A model generated the notes under the pieces. It saw only the letters and a program-made list of their open reading frames with translations, searched no databases and had not been told where the DNA came from. The position numbers were made by a program, and so were the translations under genes. Positions 29,001 to 39,026 of a stretch of 64,000 bases of DNA are shown here, piece after piece; the stretch's first letter is position 1, and every line of letters begins with the position of its first letter. The DNA comes from an uncultured Phascolarctobacterium sp. GTDB lineage: Bacteria; Bacillota; Negativicutes; Acidaminococcales; Acidaminococcaceae. The stretch lies in the NCBI RefSeq assembly GCF_900544795.1, contig NZ_UQWM01000001.1. One strand, 5' to 3'.

Positions 29001-29684
29001 TTAACTAAAGCAGCGCAGCAGCAGGACCCATATGGGCGGCACCAAAAGTGCCGGCAGCATATTAAGGGTCTTAAATTTTTTCAATTCTAAAATAGCCAAG
29101 CCAGAGCTCATAATAAAGACGCCGCCAATAATGGATATCTCCGTCATCAGCTCCGCCGTTAAAAAGGGTGCCAACCAGCCGGCAAACATATAAATGGATC
29201 CCTGCCAAACGAACAGTACCAGGCCAGCCAGGCCGATACCGATGCCATAAGCCGAAGCCAATACCATCGAAGCGACAAAATCAAGTGTCGCATTAGTAAA
29301 AAGATAGGTATTATTGCCGTACAACGCACTTTCGACAGGACCCAAAATAGATAGAGTACCGATGCAGAACAGCAGGATCGCCGTCGCCAAACCCTGCCCC
29401 AGGTCAGAGCCGCCTTTAAAGCGTCCGGCCAGCCCTTGGAAACGTCCGTCGATATCCAGCGCCGTACCAAGCACGCTGCCGATAGCCAGGCTTAAAATGA
29501 ACAGGACCGGGAACTTACTGTGCGGCATATTGCTGACCACAGCATTGGCGCCAAGGCCTACCGTTGCCAGACCTAAAGCGTCAAACAGGGCCTTTTTATA
29601 ATTTTCTTTGATGCCCCGTCCAAAAACACTGCCCAGCAGGCTGCCTGCCAGAATAGTGCTTGTATTGACGATAGTACCCAGCAT
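29001..29684 (-). CDS. DUF554-family membrane protein
   Basis: 227 aa, Gly/Ala-rich polytopic protein typical of the YdfK/YqgA family. Confidence 0.6.
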   Translation of the reverse strand: MLGTIVNTSTILAGSLLGSVFGRGIKENYKKALFDALGLATVGLGANAVVSNMPHSKFPVLFILSLAIGSVLGTALDIDGRFQGLAGRFKGGSDLGQGLATAILLFCIGTLSILGPVESALYGNNTYLFTNATLDFVASMVLASAYGIGIGLAGLVLFVWQGSIYMFAGWLAPFLTAELMTEISIIGGVFIMSSGLAILELKKFKTLNMLPALLVPPIWVLLLRCFS

Positions 29685-29751
29685 TGCCTCATTCCCCCAT
29701 TGATAACATTTTGTACCTTTATATTATATGCTTTTCGGCGGCAACAAACAA

Positions 29752-32469
29752 CTACAACAGTTCGCCGTAACGTTTGATATAAAGTTTTTTCATTACCGTG
29801 GCCAAAGCCATGTAAGCCAGCGTGATAGCGGCCAACCAGCCGAAATAATCAGCAGGCAGCGATGCTAGCCCGATAGCGTGACCCGCAGCGGTAAAGGGTA
29901 TCACTGTCAGTACTGCAATGCCAATAAAGGTGAGCAGCGTGACCGGGGCCGACGCATGGCTTTGCAGGAAGGGGATCTTCGGCGTTCTGATCATATGGAT
30001 GACCAGAGTCTGCGTCCACATGGATTCTACGAACCAACCGGCCTGGAACACGGCGATATACAGCGCCTGCTGCGCCGGATCGGTCAGTTGATGGAACAAG
30101 AGTCCTCCTACAGCCGCCGGGCAAATGATGAAATACATCAGCGCGTAGGTCGCGATGTCAAAAACTGAACTGGTCGGCCCGATCCAGATCATAAAATTGC
30201 TGACGCTGGAAGCATCCCATTTTCTGGGCCGGGTCAAAAATTCCTTATCCACGTTATCCCAGGGGATCGCCGTGCAGGAAATATCATAGATCAAATTAAG
30301 CAAAATCAGATGGATGGACGCCATAGGCAAAAACGGCAGGAAGGCGCTGGCAATCAGGACCGAGAAGATATTGCCGAAGTTGGACGAAGCCGTCATCTTG
30401 ATATATTTGATCATATTGGCATAAGTTTTGCGGCCTTCGATGATGCCCTTTTCCAGCACCAGCAGGTCTTTTTCCAGCAGGATAACGTCAGCAGATTCCT
30501 TGGCGATATCGACTGCCGTATCGACAGAGATACCCACATCGGAAGCCTTCATGGCCGCCGCATCGTTGATACCGTCGCCAAGATAACCTACAGAATGGCC
30601 ATTTTCACGCAGCAACCGCACGACCCTGGCTTTTTGGGCCGGGGCTAATTTGGCAAAAACAGTGGTAGTTTCAGCCGCTGCTGCCAGTTCTTCATTGCTC
30701 ATGGCCTCCACTTCACTGCCCAGCAGCATTTTTTCTATGGACAGCCCCACATGGCGGCACACACATTTAGTGACCTTCTCGTTGTCGCCGGTCAAGATCT
30801 TCACGGCAACACCGTGCTCCTGCAGCGCTTTGATGGCTGCGGCCGTAGTTTCTTTCGGCGGGTCGAGGAAAGCCAGATAGCCTATCAGTACCATCTCGTT
30901 TTCATCGGCAACCGAAAAAGCGCCAACAGGCGACGGATTAGTTTTTTGGGCTACAGCGATGACGCGCATCCCATCCTCGTTCAACTCGTCCACCTTCTCC
31001 ATCACGATTTTTTTCATGGAAGCGGTCAGCGGCACTACTCGGCCTGCATATTCTACGAAAGCTGAAATATTGAGCATTTCTTCAACGGCACCCTTGGTTA
31101 TCATCTGGGTCTTGCCATTTTTATCTTCCACCACCACGCTCATGCGGCGGCGTTCAAAATCAAAGGGTATTTCGTCCACCTTGTTATAAAAGTTTTCCAG
31201 GTCGCCCAGCTGGTCGTGCTGCGTTTCCTGTTCCAGCTTCGTCCTGCTGATAATGGCGATATCCATCAGATTTTTCAACCCGGTCTGGTAAAAGCTGTTC
31301 AAAAAAGCGTGCCGCAAGACCCGAGGCGCTTCGTTGCCTTCGATATCCAGATGGTATTCCAGCACTACCTTGTCCTGGGTCAGCGTGCCTGTTTTATCGG
31401 TGCAGAGGATATCGATAGAGCCTAAATTTTGGATAGAATTAAGATTTTTGATGATGACTTTTTCTTTAGACATCGATACCGCGCCCTTAGCCAGGCAGGT
31501 AGTAACGATCATCGGCAGCATTTCCGGAGTCAGGCCGACGGCCACCGAAATAGCAAACAGGGCGGCGTTCATCCAGTCGCCTTTGGTAAAACCGTTGATG
31601 AACAGTACCACCGGCACCATGACCAGCATAAAGCGGATCAATACCCAGGAAACGGAATTAACGCCTTTTTCAAAGCTGGTTTTGGGTGGCTTGCCGCTCA
31701 GTGCTCTGGCCATCTCACCCAGCAGCGTATCGTTACCCGTAGCCACAACAACGCCGACGGCAGTGCCGCTGATAACATTGCTGCCCATAAAGGCCAGATT
31801 GGAATTTTCGGTAATGGCGGCAGCCACTTCTGCCTGACACAAGTATTTTTCTACCGGCTCACTTTCACCGGTTAGTGCCGACTGGCTGACAAACAGGTCT
31901 TTCGCAAAAATGATGCGGATATCAGCCGGCACCATATCGCCTGCCGATAAATGCACGATATCGCCTACCACCACTTCGTCCAGCGGTATTTCCTGCTGCC
32001 CCGTTTCCAACCGCTCTACACAGGTAGTAGTTTCGATCATCGCCGACAGCTTGGCTGCCGCGTTGCCGCTTCTGGTCTCCTGCACAAAACGCAACAGTCC
32101 CGAAATCAGTACCATCGTCGTAATGATGATCACAGTGATGGCGTCTTCCTCGCCCGGATCGGACAGATAAATATCCGTAAAGCCCGACACCACAGCCAGC
32201 ACGAATAAGATAGCCGTGAACGGATTAACAAAAGCCTTGCAGATACGGGTAAACAGCGACTCCTTCTTGCCGTGGGTCACCACATTGTCGCCATAGCGAT
32301 CACGCACGCTTTCCACCATGCCCGTAGGCAGCCCTTTGCCTGTAGTGCCCAGCTGCCGCAAAACAGTGTTTACATCATGGCCTGCGGCAAAACGCAGCCT
32401 TTCGCTGACCTGCTCACGATGCAGGATCTCCTGCGGGTTATTTTTAAAAAACAGTAATTTCTTTTTCAT
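29752..32469 (-). CDS. mgtA: Magnesium-importing P-type ATPase
   Basis: 905 aa. DKTGTLT phosphorylation motif, [14 protein letters not shown] hinge, about 10 TM helices. RBS GGAGGTAG. Confidence 0.9.
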   Translation of the reverse strand: MKKKLLFFKNNPQEILHREQVSERLRFAAGHDVNTVLRQLGTTGKGLPTGMVESVRDRYGDNVVTHGKKESLFTRICKAFVNPFTAILFVLAVVSGFTDIYLSDPGEEDAITVIIITTMVLISGLLRFVQETRSGNAAAKLSAMIETTTCVERLETGQQEIPLDEVVVGDIVHLSAGDMVPADIRIIFAKDLFVSQSALTGESEPVEKYLCQAEVAAAITENSNLAFMGSNVISGTAVGVVVATGNDTLLGEMARALSGKPPKTSFEKGVNSVSWVLIRFMLVMVPVVLFINGFTKGDWMNAALFAISVAVGLTPEMLPMIVTTCLAKGAVSMSKEKVIIKNLNSIQNLGSIDILCTDKTGTLTQDKVVLEYHLDIEGNEAPRVLRHAFLNSFYQTGLKNLMDIAIISRTKLEQETQHDQLGDLENFYNKVDEIPFDFERRRMSVVVEDKNGKTQMITKGAVEEMLNISAFVEYAGRVVPLTASMKKIVMEKVDELNEDGMRVIAVAQKTNPSPVGAFSVADENEMVLIGYLAFLDPPKETTAAAIKALQEHGVAVKILTGDNEKVTKCVCRHVGLSIEKMLLGSEVEAMSNEELAAAAETTTVFAKLAPAQKARVVRLLRENGHSVGYLGDGINDAAAMKASDVGISVDTAVDIAKESADVILLEKDLLVLEKGIIEGRKTYANMIKYIKMTASSNFGNIFSVLIASAFLPFLPMASIHLILLNLIYDISCTAIPWDNVDKEFLTRPRKWDASSVSNFMIWIGPTSSVFDIATYALMYFIICPAAVGGLLFHQLTDPAQQALYIAVFQAGWFVESMWTQTLVIHMIRTPKIPFLQSHASAPVTLLTFIGIAVLTVIPFTAAGHAIGLASLPADYFGWLAAITLAYMALATVMKKLYIKRYGELL

Positions 32470-32704
32470 TGTCTTCTACCTCCTTACGGTTAATAATGCG
32501 TACTTTCAGGAAAGTAGGACATACAACGAAAAGCCAAAGCATCTATATGTGATTGTCGTGGAAGAACAGACGCCCTGATGGCAGACTGCTTCCTCTTACT
32601 TCGCCTTTTGGTTTTATGCCCCTACTGCCTCCTGCGTCCATTCTTCTCACCTCACTTATTTCTAAAAATATTTATTATAAAATCCTGCGGTGGGCCGTGG
32701 AAAT

Positions 32705-32742
32705 ATAAAAAACCCGCGTCAATGCCTAAACAAAGACGCGGG
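32705..32742 (-). terminator. Intrinsic terminator of the M-box expression platform
   Basis: cccgcgtc-N14-gacgcggg hairpin followed by T6ATATTT on minus. Confidence 0.65.
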
Positions 32743-32764
32743 CAATAAATATACACCCTTACAG

Positions 32765-32925
32765 TTCAAATCAGAACCGGCCCTGTTCAAGCTTTAACTC
32801 CACAGGGCGATGAAACTGCGTTAGATTATGCCTTGTTTTCGACATAGCCTGTTCAAACCTGCTCATGGTGTCTCCACCACTCCGCGGCAGCAGTCCGTAT
32901 CCCTATGGTAGCCTCACCTACCAGA
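32765..32925 (-). promoter_or_regulatory. M-box (ykoK-type) magnesium riboswitch in the mgtA leader
   Basis: Minus strand reads TAGGTGAGGCTACCATAGGGATACGGACTGCTGCCGCGGAG...ATGTCGAAAACAAGGCATAATCTAACGCAG..., matching the conserved M-box cores GTTAGGTGAGGCT, ATACG, CTGCTGCC and ATGTCGAAA. Confidence 0.8.
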
Positions 32926-32974
32926 ATATCCAGCTTCTATATTATACATTAAGCTATTTAAGTTTGTCAACACT

Positions 32975-33355
32975 TTATTTTCTTAAATTTTCTTCTTCAA
33001 ATTTCAAACATCTTTCTTCATAACCGTCGATCTTATTGTCAAGCCGTTCCAATACTGCCTGCATTTCAACTATTTTAAGAGCAAGCTGCTGGCGCTGTTC
33101 TACTAAAAGTTCTTTGCGGGCACCGATCGTGTCCGCTCCCTGATTGAACATGGCCACATACTCGATCAGCATTTCGACCGGTATACCAACACCACGCATA
33201 CATTTGATAAATTCGACCCAATTACAGTCGGTCTCATCGTAAGTACGGATACCGCTGCTACTGCGCTTTACCGGCGGGATCAGACCGATCCGCTCATAAT
33301 AGCGCAATGTATCTGCTGGCAAACCAAATTTTTTACTCACTTCGGCAATCGTCAT
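32975..33355 (-). CDS. adhR: MerR-family transcriptional regulator, AdhR/NmlR-like (conserved Cys, aldehyde or electrophile stress type)
   Basis: 127 aa. MTIAEVSKKFGLPADTLRYYERIGLIPPVKRSSSGIRTYDE...FIKCMRG aligns closely with B. subtilis AdhR, including the single conserved Cys. RBS GAGGAGGTG. Confidence 0.8.
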   Translation of the reverse strand: MTIAEVSKKFGLPADTLRYYERIGLIPPVKRSSSGIRTYDETDCNWVEFIKCMRGVGIPVEMLIEYVAMFNQGADTIGARKELLVEQRQQLALKIVEMQAVLERLDNKIDGYEERCLKFEEENLRK

Positions 33356-33380
33356 GGGGCAGCACCTCCTCGTTGCCTTT

Positions 33381-33411
33381 ATTCTAACACTTAGAGTTAA
33401 CTCCAAGTCAA
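33381..33411 (-). promoter_or_regulatory. MerR-type promoter-operator (TTGACT, 19-bp spacer containing a palindrome, TAGAAT) upstream of the merR gene
   Basis: Minus strand reads TTGACTTGGAGTTAACTCTAAGTGTTAGAAT; near-perfect dyad ACTTGGAGTTAACTCTAAGT. Confidence 0.75.
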
Positions 33412-33441
33412 GCAGAATTTGTCACTGCACCGCTCAACGGC

Positions 33442-34590
33442 TTATTCACCAAAAACAGCTGCTGCCTGCCGCATATTCTCGATCACCGCTACCTTAAAGG
33501 GGCAGCGCTTTTCGCAGGCACCGCAGCCTACGCACTCGCCAGCCTTATGGGCCAGTACTTTATAATGCTCCCGCACGGTCTCCGGAACGCCATTTTGCGC
33601 CCTGGTCAAATTCAAAAACTTGGTTACCGTTGCCACGTCGATGCCTTTGGGACAGGGAGCACAATGGCCGCAGTACATACAATGCCCTTCCCAGTTGATC
33701 TTAGGGAAGGAAGCAAAAGCCGCCGCGTAATCTTTTTCAGCAGCGGTCGCCGTAGTATAAGCAATGCACGCCTTCAGCTCGTCCACCGTGTGTGAACCAG
33801 CCATCACTGCCGCCACGCCCGGGCGGGTCAGCGCATAATGCAGGCACTGATTGACCGTCAACGCCTTGCCCGCCGGTGAAAGTTTCTCGCTTAAAAGGTC
33901 ACCGCCGCCAAAAGCCTTCATGACGGTGATGCCCACGCCTAAACGGCTACATGCTTCGTACAGCGCTTCTCTTTCCGGATCCATATTTGAAAGCTGCTGC
34001 TCATAGTTTTTTCCGTCCCACAGGTCATAGCAATCTTCACCGCCCGGCTGTAGGTCATAACAGGGATTAACACTGAACATCAATACGTCGATCAGACCGC
34101 TTTTGACTGCTTCCAAAGCAGCTACAGGGTTATGGCTACTCAAACCGATATGTTTGATTTTTCCCTGCACCTGCATTTCTCTGGCATACTCCATCACAGG
34201 GCCATTGGCTACTTCGTACCAATCCTCTAAGGCGTCCACATAATGGATCATCCCAATGTCGATATAATCGGTCTCCAGCCGGGCCAGCAGATCCTCGAAG
34301 CTATCACGCACTTCCTTCAGCACACGGGTTCGTTTATACTGGCCATCCTGCCAGATAGTACACAGATGGGCCTGCAAAATAAATTTGCCGCGGCGGCCTC
34401 GCAGCCATTTGCCTAAACGGCTGCGCATCTCCGGCTGCGGAGCATACAGGTCGATACAATTGATGCCTGCTTGCTCTGCCGCTAACAACAAAGGTTCCAT
34501 CAAAGCTCCTTCGCTAGCAACAAAGCCCTCACAGCCTAAAGCTATGGCGCTGACTTTCAGGTCGGTACGTCCTAATTCACGATATTCCAT
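33442..34590 (-). CDS. Aldo/keto reductase fused to a C-terminal 4Fe-4S di-cluster ferredoxin domain
   Basis: AKR fold at the N-terminus (LGRTDLKVSAIALGC). C-terminal CMYCGHCAPCP and CVGCGACEKRCP motifs. Confidence 0.8.
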   Translation of the reverse strand: MEYRELGRTDLKVSAIALGCEGFVASEGALMEPLLLAAEQAGINCIDLYAPQPEMRSRLGKWLRGRRGKFILQAHLCTIWQDGQYKRTRVLKEVRDSFEDLLARLETDYIDIGMIHYVDALEDWYEVANGPVMEYAREMQVQGKIKHIGLSSHNPVAALEAVKSGLIDVLMFSVNPCYDLQPGGEDCYDLWDGKNYEQQLSNMDPEREALYEACSRLGVGITVMKAFGGGDLLSEKLSPAGKALTVNQCLHYALTRPGVAAVMAGSHTVDELKACIAYTTATAAEKDYAAAFASFPKINWEGHCMYCGHCAPCPKGIDVATVTKFLNLTRAQNGVPETVREHYKVLAHKAGECVGCGACEKRCPFKVAVIENMRQAAAVFGE

Positions 34591-34634
34591 TCTTCTCGCT
34601 CCATTTCTTTACTAAACTCCAGCTCATCTGCTTT

Positions 34635-35384
34635 TTAGCGCAACGCCAGTGTCAACAGCAGGTACAGCAATGGCTGATGCAGCAGATAAACGGCCAGCGA
34701 ATGACGGCCACAGCGGCTCAAACAGGCGTTGCCACGGCCAAAGGCATCAGGCAACCTGCCCTGGCGCGCACTGATACGAAAAGCATAATAACCGGCCAGA
34801 TATAAAAACAGCCAGGGAAACAACGAAAAATAATCGCTGGAAGCAAAACCAGCTTCCGTAAAGCCCAGATAAGTAGTCAGTTTATTTTTATACAGCACCG
34901 CCGGTAGCCGTGCCATGTTCCATTGTTCAAAGCCTATATAGCCGTCGTTGATATTACGGGTCAGCACAAACAATGCGGCATTGGCAAAAAGTCCCCAACC
35001 AGGACGCACTTTAGCCGCCCACCCTTCAACGGCAGCCAGCAGCAGCATCGCCGAACCCAGAAAAAACAAGATCCCGAAAACAACAGCCTGCTCGGGCACA
35101 AAAACGTGCGTTATTACAGCTACCAGCACCCCGCCAGCTATGACATGCAAGCCGCGCCTTACGGGACGCCGCCCCAGTGGCCAGCAAAAACCAGAAAGAA
35201 AGATGAACAGCCAGCAAAAACTTTGCTGCCACCAATAACAGGCAGCACTTTGGAACCAGGGCAATTCTACCTGAAACAAATACACCAGATCCCAGAAAAA
35301 ATGATAAACGATCATTCCCAGCAGCAGCAACCCCCGCAGGCTGTCTAAAAAATCATACCTGGCGCCACTATTTATCCTCTCCAT
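34635..35384 (-). CDS. DUF1624 / acyltransferase-3-like integral membrane protein
   Basis: 249 aa, about 7 TM helices. N-terminal RYDFLDSLRGLLLLGMIVYHF typical of the family. Confidence 0.5.
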   Translation of the reverse strand: MERINSGARYDFLDSLRGLLLLGMIVYHFFWDLVYLFQVELPWFQSAACYWWQQSFCWLFIFLSGFCWPLGRRPVRRGLHVIAGGVLVAVITHVFVPEQAVVFGILFFLGSAMLLLAAVEGWAAKVRPGWGLFANAALFVLTRNINDGYIGFEQWNMARLPAVLYKNKLTTYLGFTEAGFASSDYFSLFPWLFLYLAGYYAFRISARQGRLPDAFGRGNACLSRCGRHSLAVYLLHQPLLYLLLTLALR

Positions 35385-35412
35385 CTAACAGCCCTTCCTT
35401 CGCGGTAAAGTT

Positions 35413-35943
35413 TCAGCGAAGCACTTTGTCCAGCCAGTTTACTATGGCAGTTTGTCCCGACGCCGCGTCAGAACCACGGACCGCCAGTCCTTCTTTTAGC
35501 TCGGCTCCCGGGCAAACCAGTGCAATATCCTTCATACTGCGCCCCAAGCCGCTGCCCTCGTGCGTGCAGAAGGGATAGATGGTTTTGTTATGGAAATCGA
35601 ATTTTTCCAAAAAGGTCAGCACCGCCATCGGCAGCGTCCCCCACCAGATGGGATAGCCTAAAAATATCCCTTCATACTCTGCCAGCGAGGGTGGATAAAC
35701 GGCCAGCCGAGGGCGGGAACCATTACGCTGTTCCTTTTGGGCAATGGCACTCATTTCCTGATAACTGTCCGGATAAGGAATGACTGTTTCCAGCTTCACC
35801 GCCTCACAGCCAGTCTGCTGCACCAGTATCTCGGTAGCCAACTGCGTATTGCCTATGGCCAGTTCGACAGTTTTACCGCCGCTGTAATTTTCTCCGGCGC
35901 GCGAAAAATAAACGATCAGATTTTTTTCTTTATTAAAACTCAT
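35413..35943 (-). CDS. Flavodoxin-family protein
   Basis: About 176 aa. NLIVYFSRAGENYSGG FMN-binding start and PIWWGTLP motif. Start at MSFNK with RBS AAGGAG. Confidence 0.75.
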   Translation of the reverse strand: MSFNKEKNLIVYFSRAGENYSGGKTVELAIGNTQLATEILVQQTGCEAVKLETVIPYPDSYQEMSAIAQKEQRNGSRPRLAVYPPSLAEYEGIFLGYPIWWGTLPMAVLTFLEKFDFHNKTIYPFCTHEGSGLGRSMKDIALVCPGAELKEGLAVRGSDAASGQTAIVNWLDKVLR

Positions 35944-35960
35944 TTTCCTGCTCCTTTTAC

Positions 35961-35991
35961 AGCATAACACTTAAAGTTAACTCCAAGTCAA
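35961..35991 (-). promoter_or_regulatory. Second copy of the MerR-type promoter-operator, upstream of the flavodoxin gene
   Basis: Minus strand reads TTGACTTGGAGTTAACTTTAAGTGTTATGCT; 27 of 29 identical to the site at 33381..33411, same 19-bp spacing. Confidence 0.7.
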
Positions 35992-36063
35992 GAGTTCACT
36001 TGTTTTTTGTTTGTTCTCTCTATATTATATAACACTCGGAAACAGATATTTCTTAACTGCAAT

Positions 36064-36100
36064 AAAAAAAGCTTTCGAGTATACTCTCGAAAGCTTTAAC
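36064..36100 (-). terminator. Terminator after the tRNA cluster
   Basis: agctttcgag-tatact-ctcgaaagct hairpin with T7 on minus. Confidence 0.75.
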
Positions 36101-36107
36101 TGTTGAT

Positions 36108-36193
36108 TGGTGCGAGTGACAGGAATCGAACCTGCACGTCGTAAGACGCTAGATCCTAAGTCTAGTGCGTCTGCCAGTTCCGCCACACTCGCA
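36108..36193 (-). tRNA. tRNA-Leu (anticodon UAG), CCA encoded
   Basis: Long variable arm. Anticodon loop CTTAGGA. GTTCGATTC T-arm. Confidence 0.85.
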
Positions 36194-36207
36194 AACAGAC
36201 AAAAAAA

Positions 36208-36283
36208 TGGTGATCCACCCGCGACTCGAACGCGGGACACCCTGATTAAAAGTCAGGTGCTCTACCGACTGAGCTAGTGGATC
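36208..36283 (-). tRNA. tRNA-Lys (anticodon UUU), CCA encoded
   Basis: GATCCACTAGCTCAGTCGGTAGAGC...CTTTTAA anticodon loop...GTTCGAGTC. Confidence 0.85.
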
Positions 36284-36287
36284 ACAT

Positions 36288-36363
36288 TGGCTGGGGCGGC
36301 TGGACTCGAACCAACGCATGCGGGAGTCAAAGTCCCGTGCCTTACCGACTTGGCTACGCCCCA
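36288..36363 (-). tRNA. tRNA-Gln (anticodon UUG), CCA encoded
   Basis: TGGGGCGTAGCCAAGTCGGTAAGGC...CTTTGAC anticodon loop...GGTTCGAGTCC. Confidence 0.85.
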
Positions 36364-36388
36364 AGATTTGGAAATATTGGATAAATTG

Positions 36389-36466
36389 TGGGGTGACTGG
36401 AGGGGATCGAACCCTCGAAATAACGGAGCCACAATCCGCCGTGTTAACCGCTTCACCACAGCCACC
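36389..36466 (-). tRNA. tRNA-His (anticodon GUG) with encoded G-1, CCA encoded
   Basis: Extra 5' G pairing with discriminator C. Anticodon loop TTGTGGC. GGTTCGATCC T-arm. Confidence 0.85.
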
Positions 36467-36571
36467 AAATTGGCCAAACTTTATAGCTTGGCGACGAATG
36501 TTATTCTACCATAGCCACTAATCTATGTCAATCTTTTTTATAAATTTTTTTACATTTTTTTGCAGTTTTTC

Positions 36572-36952
36572 TTACTTGCAAACAGCTATAGCTTCGATTT
36601 CTACTTTTACACCTTTAGGCAGCCCGGCAACCTGCACGCAGGACCGCGCCGGCGGATTAATGGGGAACTTTTCACCGTAAATACTGTTAACCGCGCTGAA
36701 GTCTTCTAAATCGGTCAGGAATACCGTAGTTTTAACTATATCGGCAAAGGTCAGGCCCGCTTCAGTCAAAACGCCTTCCATATTCTGCAGCACTCTGATG
36801 GTCTGTGCTTCAACACCTTCGTCTACAACTTCGCCGGTTTCGGGGATCAGCGCGATCTGCCCCGACATATAGAGCATGCCGCCCACCTTGATAGCTTGAG
36901 AATAAGGGCCGATAGCGGCCGGTGCATTTTTAGTACTGATAACTTCTTTCAT
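36572..36952 (-). CDS. ridA: RidA-family reactive-intermediate (enamine/imine) deaminase
   Basis: About 126 aa, YjgF/L-PSP fold (GPYSQAIKVGGMLYMSGQIAL...). RBS GGAGG. Confidence 0.85.
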   Translation of the reverse strand: MKEVISTKNAPAAIGPYSQAIKVGGMLYMSGQIALIPETGEVVDEGVEAQTIRVLQNMEGVLTEAGLTFADIVKTTVFLTDLEDFSAVNSIYGEKFPINPPARSCVQVAGLPKGVKVEIEAIAVCK

Positions 36953-36992
36953 TTTAAAGCCTCCATTCAATGATCTTATTTAAGTTTTGCGT

Positions 36993-37901
36993 TTATTTTT
37001 TGCTGTCTGCGTCAAAATAGGCCTTCGCCCAGGCCAAAGCCGTTGGGGTCTGGGCCAGCCCGCCTTCAGCCGTTTCTTTCAGTGTACAGGGCAGACGGTC
37101 ACCGACCGCTTTCATGGCGTCGATAGCTTCGTCAGCCGGGATAAAGCTGGTGATGCCGGCCAGAGCCAGTTCAGCCGCCAGCAAAGCCTGTGCCGCCGCA
37201 CCGCCGTTACGCTTGATGCAGGGCACTTCTACCAATCCGGCAACAGGGTCGCAGACCAGGCCCAACATATTTTTAAAAACCATAGCCACTGCGTGCCCGA
37301 CCTGCTCGGGCGTACCACCCAGCACGTCTACAGCCGCACCAGCAGCCATAGCGGCGCCGCTGCCACATTCGGCCTGACAGCCACCCATAGCCCCTGACAA
37401 AGAGGCACGGTTAGCAATGACCAAGCCGATGTTACCTGCCACCACCAATGCCTCCGTCATCTGCTGAGGTTCAAGTGCATAATGTTTTTTTAAAGCCAGC
37501 AATACGCCCGGCAGTACGCCGCTGGCGCCTGCCGTTGGAGCCGCCACGATGCGGCCCATGGCTGCGTTGCACTCGCCCACTGCCATAGCGTAAGCAACGG
37601 CGTCATTGACCACGCCGCCCAGAATGTTTTTATAACCGGCTTCCTGCGGCGCTGCCTGCAATTTTTTAGCAGCGCCGCCGGTCAGACCGCTGTGCGAAGG
37701 CACGCCGGTCAAACCAAAGGCCACCGATTCTTCCATAACCTGCAGCATCGCCGCCATCTGTTCCAAAACAGCGTCTGCCGAAAGCTCCAGTTCTTCACTG
37801 CTGCGCTCCAGCAGATAGGTATGTAAAGGCACCTGCCGTACAGTAGCTTCGTCGATCCATGTTTTTAAAGAAATTTTTTCGTTGATCACGGCACACCTCA
37901 C
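36993..37901 (-). CDS. sdaAA: L-serine dehydratase (4Fe-4S dependent) alpha subunit
   Basis: 302 aa, collinear with SdaAA (catalytic subunit with Cys ligands CxxxxC...). Confidence 0.85.
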   Translation of the reverse strand: MRCAVINEKISLKTWIDEATVRQVPLHTYLLERSSEELELSADAVLEQMAAMLQVMEESVAFGLTGVPSHSGLTGGAAKKLQAAPQEAGYKNILGGVVNDAVAYAMAVGECNAAMGRIVAAPTAGASGVLPGVLLALKKHYALEPQQMTEALVVAGNIGLVIANRASLSGAMGGCQAECGSGAAMAAGAAVDVLGGTPEQVGHAVAMVFKNMLGLVCDPVAGLVEVPCIKRNGGAAAQALLAAELALAGITSFIPADEAIDAMKAVGDRLPCTLKETAEGGLAQTPTALAWAKAYFDADSKK

Positions 37902-38563
37902 AAAACATTGCGGATAAACCGCACCGACTGCATCGGTTCTAAAGCTGCAACTAAATTGACGATCGGTTCCGGCACGACCTGGTCACACTCGATGACCATG
38001 GTAGCCATTCCACCCTTATTGGCGCGGAAAACACGCATACCGGCAATGTTGATACCCGCACTGGCCAGCGCGCTGCTGACCAGCGAGATCACGCCCGGCT
38101 TGTCTTTGTGCAGGGTCAGGATCGCCGGGAAACGGCCGCTTAATTCCACAGCAGCGCCGTCGATGGAGGTAACCAGTACCTGCCCACCGCCGATAGAGGA
38201 ACCGATAACTTCGCACTGCCTGCCATCGGCCGCCGTCAATTTAAAATACACCGTATTGGGATGGGTAAGGTCGCCTAAATTGATAGTCGAAAATTCGTAT
38301 TCCAGCCCTTGCTCGGCAGCAAACTCTTTGGCCTGTGGGATGCGCGCGTCATCTGGCAACCAACCCATCAGCCCTGCCAAAAGCGCCATATCCGTACCAT
38401 GGCCGCGATAAGTCTGGGCAAAGCTGCCATGCAAAGCGATCTGCGCTTTGACAGGCCAGGCACCCAAAATGCTAATCGCCAGCAGCGATAAGCGCACAGC
38501 ACCCGCCGTATGTGAACTGGATGGCCCGATCATCACCGGGCCGATAACGTCAAATATATTCAT
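37898..38563 (-). CDS. sdaAB: L-serine dehydratase beta subunit with ACT-like domain
   Basis: 221 aa. SdaAB-type N-terminus (PSSSHTAG) and C-terminal ACT-like regulatory domain. Overlaps the sdaAA start. Confidence 0.85.
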   Translation of the reverse strand: MNIFDVIGPVMIGPSSSHTAGAVRLSLLAISILGAWPVKAQIALHGSFAQTYRGHGTDMALLAGLMGWLPDDARIPQAKEFAAEQGLEYEFSTINLGDLTHPNTVYFKLTAADGRQCEVIGSSIGGGQVLVTSIDGAAVELSGRFPAILTLHKDKPGVISLVSSALASAGINIAGMRVFRANKGGMATMVIECDQVVPEPIVNLVAALEPMQSVRFIRNVL

Positions 38564-38590
38564 ACTAACCTCGCTTTGTTCAGTACCGGC

Positions 38591-39025
38591 CTATTCCACG
38601 TTGTCTAAAGAACGATGGGCCAGCCCCACACACAATTCATTGAGATTCAACACGCCCACCGCCATATAAATAGCGACGCACAGATGCTCGCCGCAGCGGG
38701 CGATACCGATCTTGCCGCCCACATTAAACCCCAGGGCCTTGGTTTTGACCTGTTCCAGCGCCGCATGGGCAGCGCCAGCCACCGCACCGGCACCCACATG
38801 GGTATCGGAAACCAGCCCCTGCCTTTGGGCAGCGACAACTGCCCGTTCCACGATCTTAACGATGGAAGGTATAAATTCGCCGCCAAAATCCACTGCCGTC
38901 GAACGGATGCCCTGCTCGGCCAGCTCCTGCTTGACGCGCTGCTCTTCAGGCCGCGAACCAGTCACAGCTATTTTTAAGGCCGCACGGCCAATTTCGATAC
39001 TGGTGAGTTTGCTGTCGGTCATCAT
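38591..39025 (-). CDS. HutP-family RNA-binding regulatory protein homolog
   Basis: 144 aa, size and secondary-structure-like pattern of HutP (PF09021). Embedded between the transporter and sdaAB genes. Confidence 0.55.
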   Translation of the reverse strand: MMTDSKLTSIEIGRAALKIAVTGSRPEEQRVKQELAEQGIRSTAVDFGGEFIPSIVKIVERAVVAAQRQGLVSDTHVGAGAVAGAAHAALEQVKTKALGFNVGGKIGIARCGEHLCVAIYMAVGVLNLNELCVGLAHRSLDNVE

Positions 39026-39026
39026 A

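Noticed and set aside
32560-32650. 9-codon ORF (MDAGGSRGI) in the mgtA leader, considered as an mgtL-like leader peptide
   Set aside because: No RBS and not proline-rich, so there is not enough support.
36025-36521. Several 66-75-aa ORFs
   Set aside because: They overlap the tRNA Leu-Lys-Gln-His cluster.
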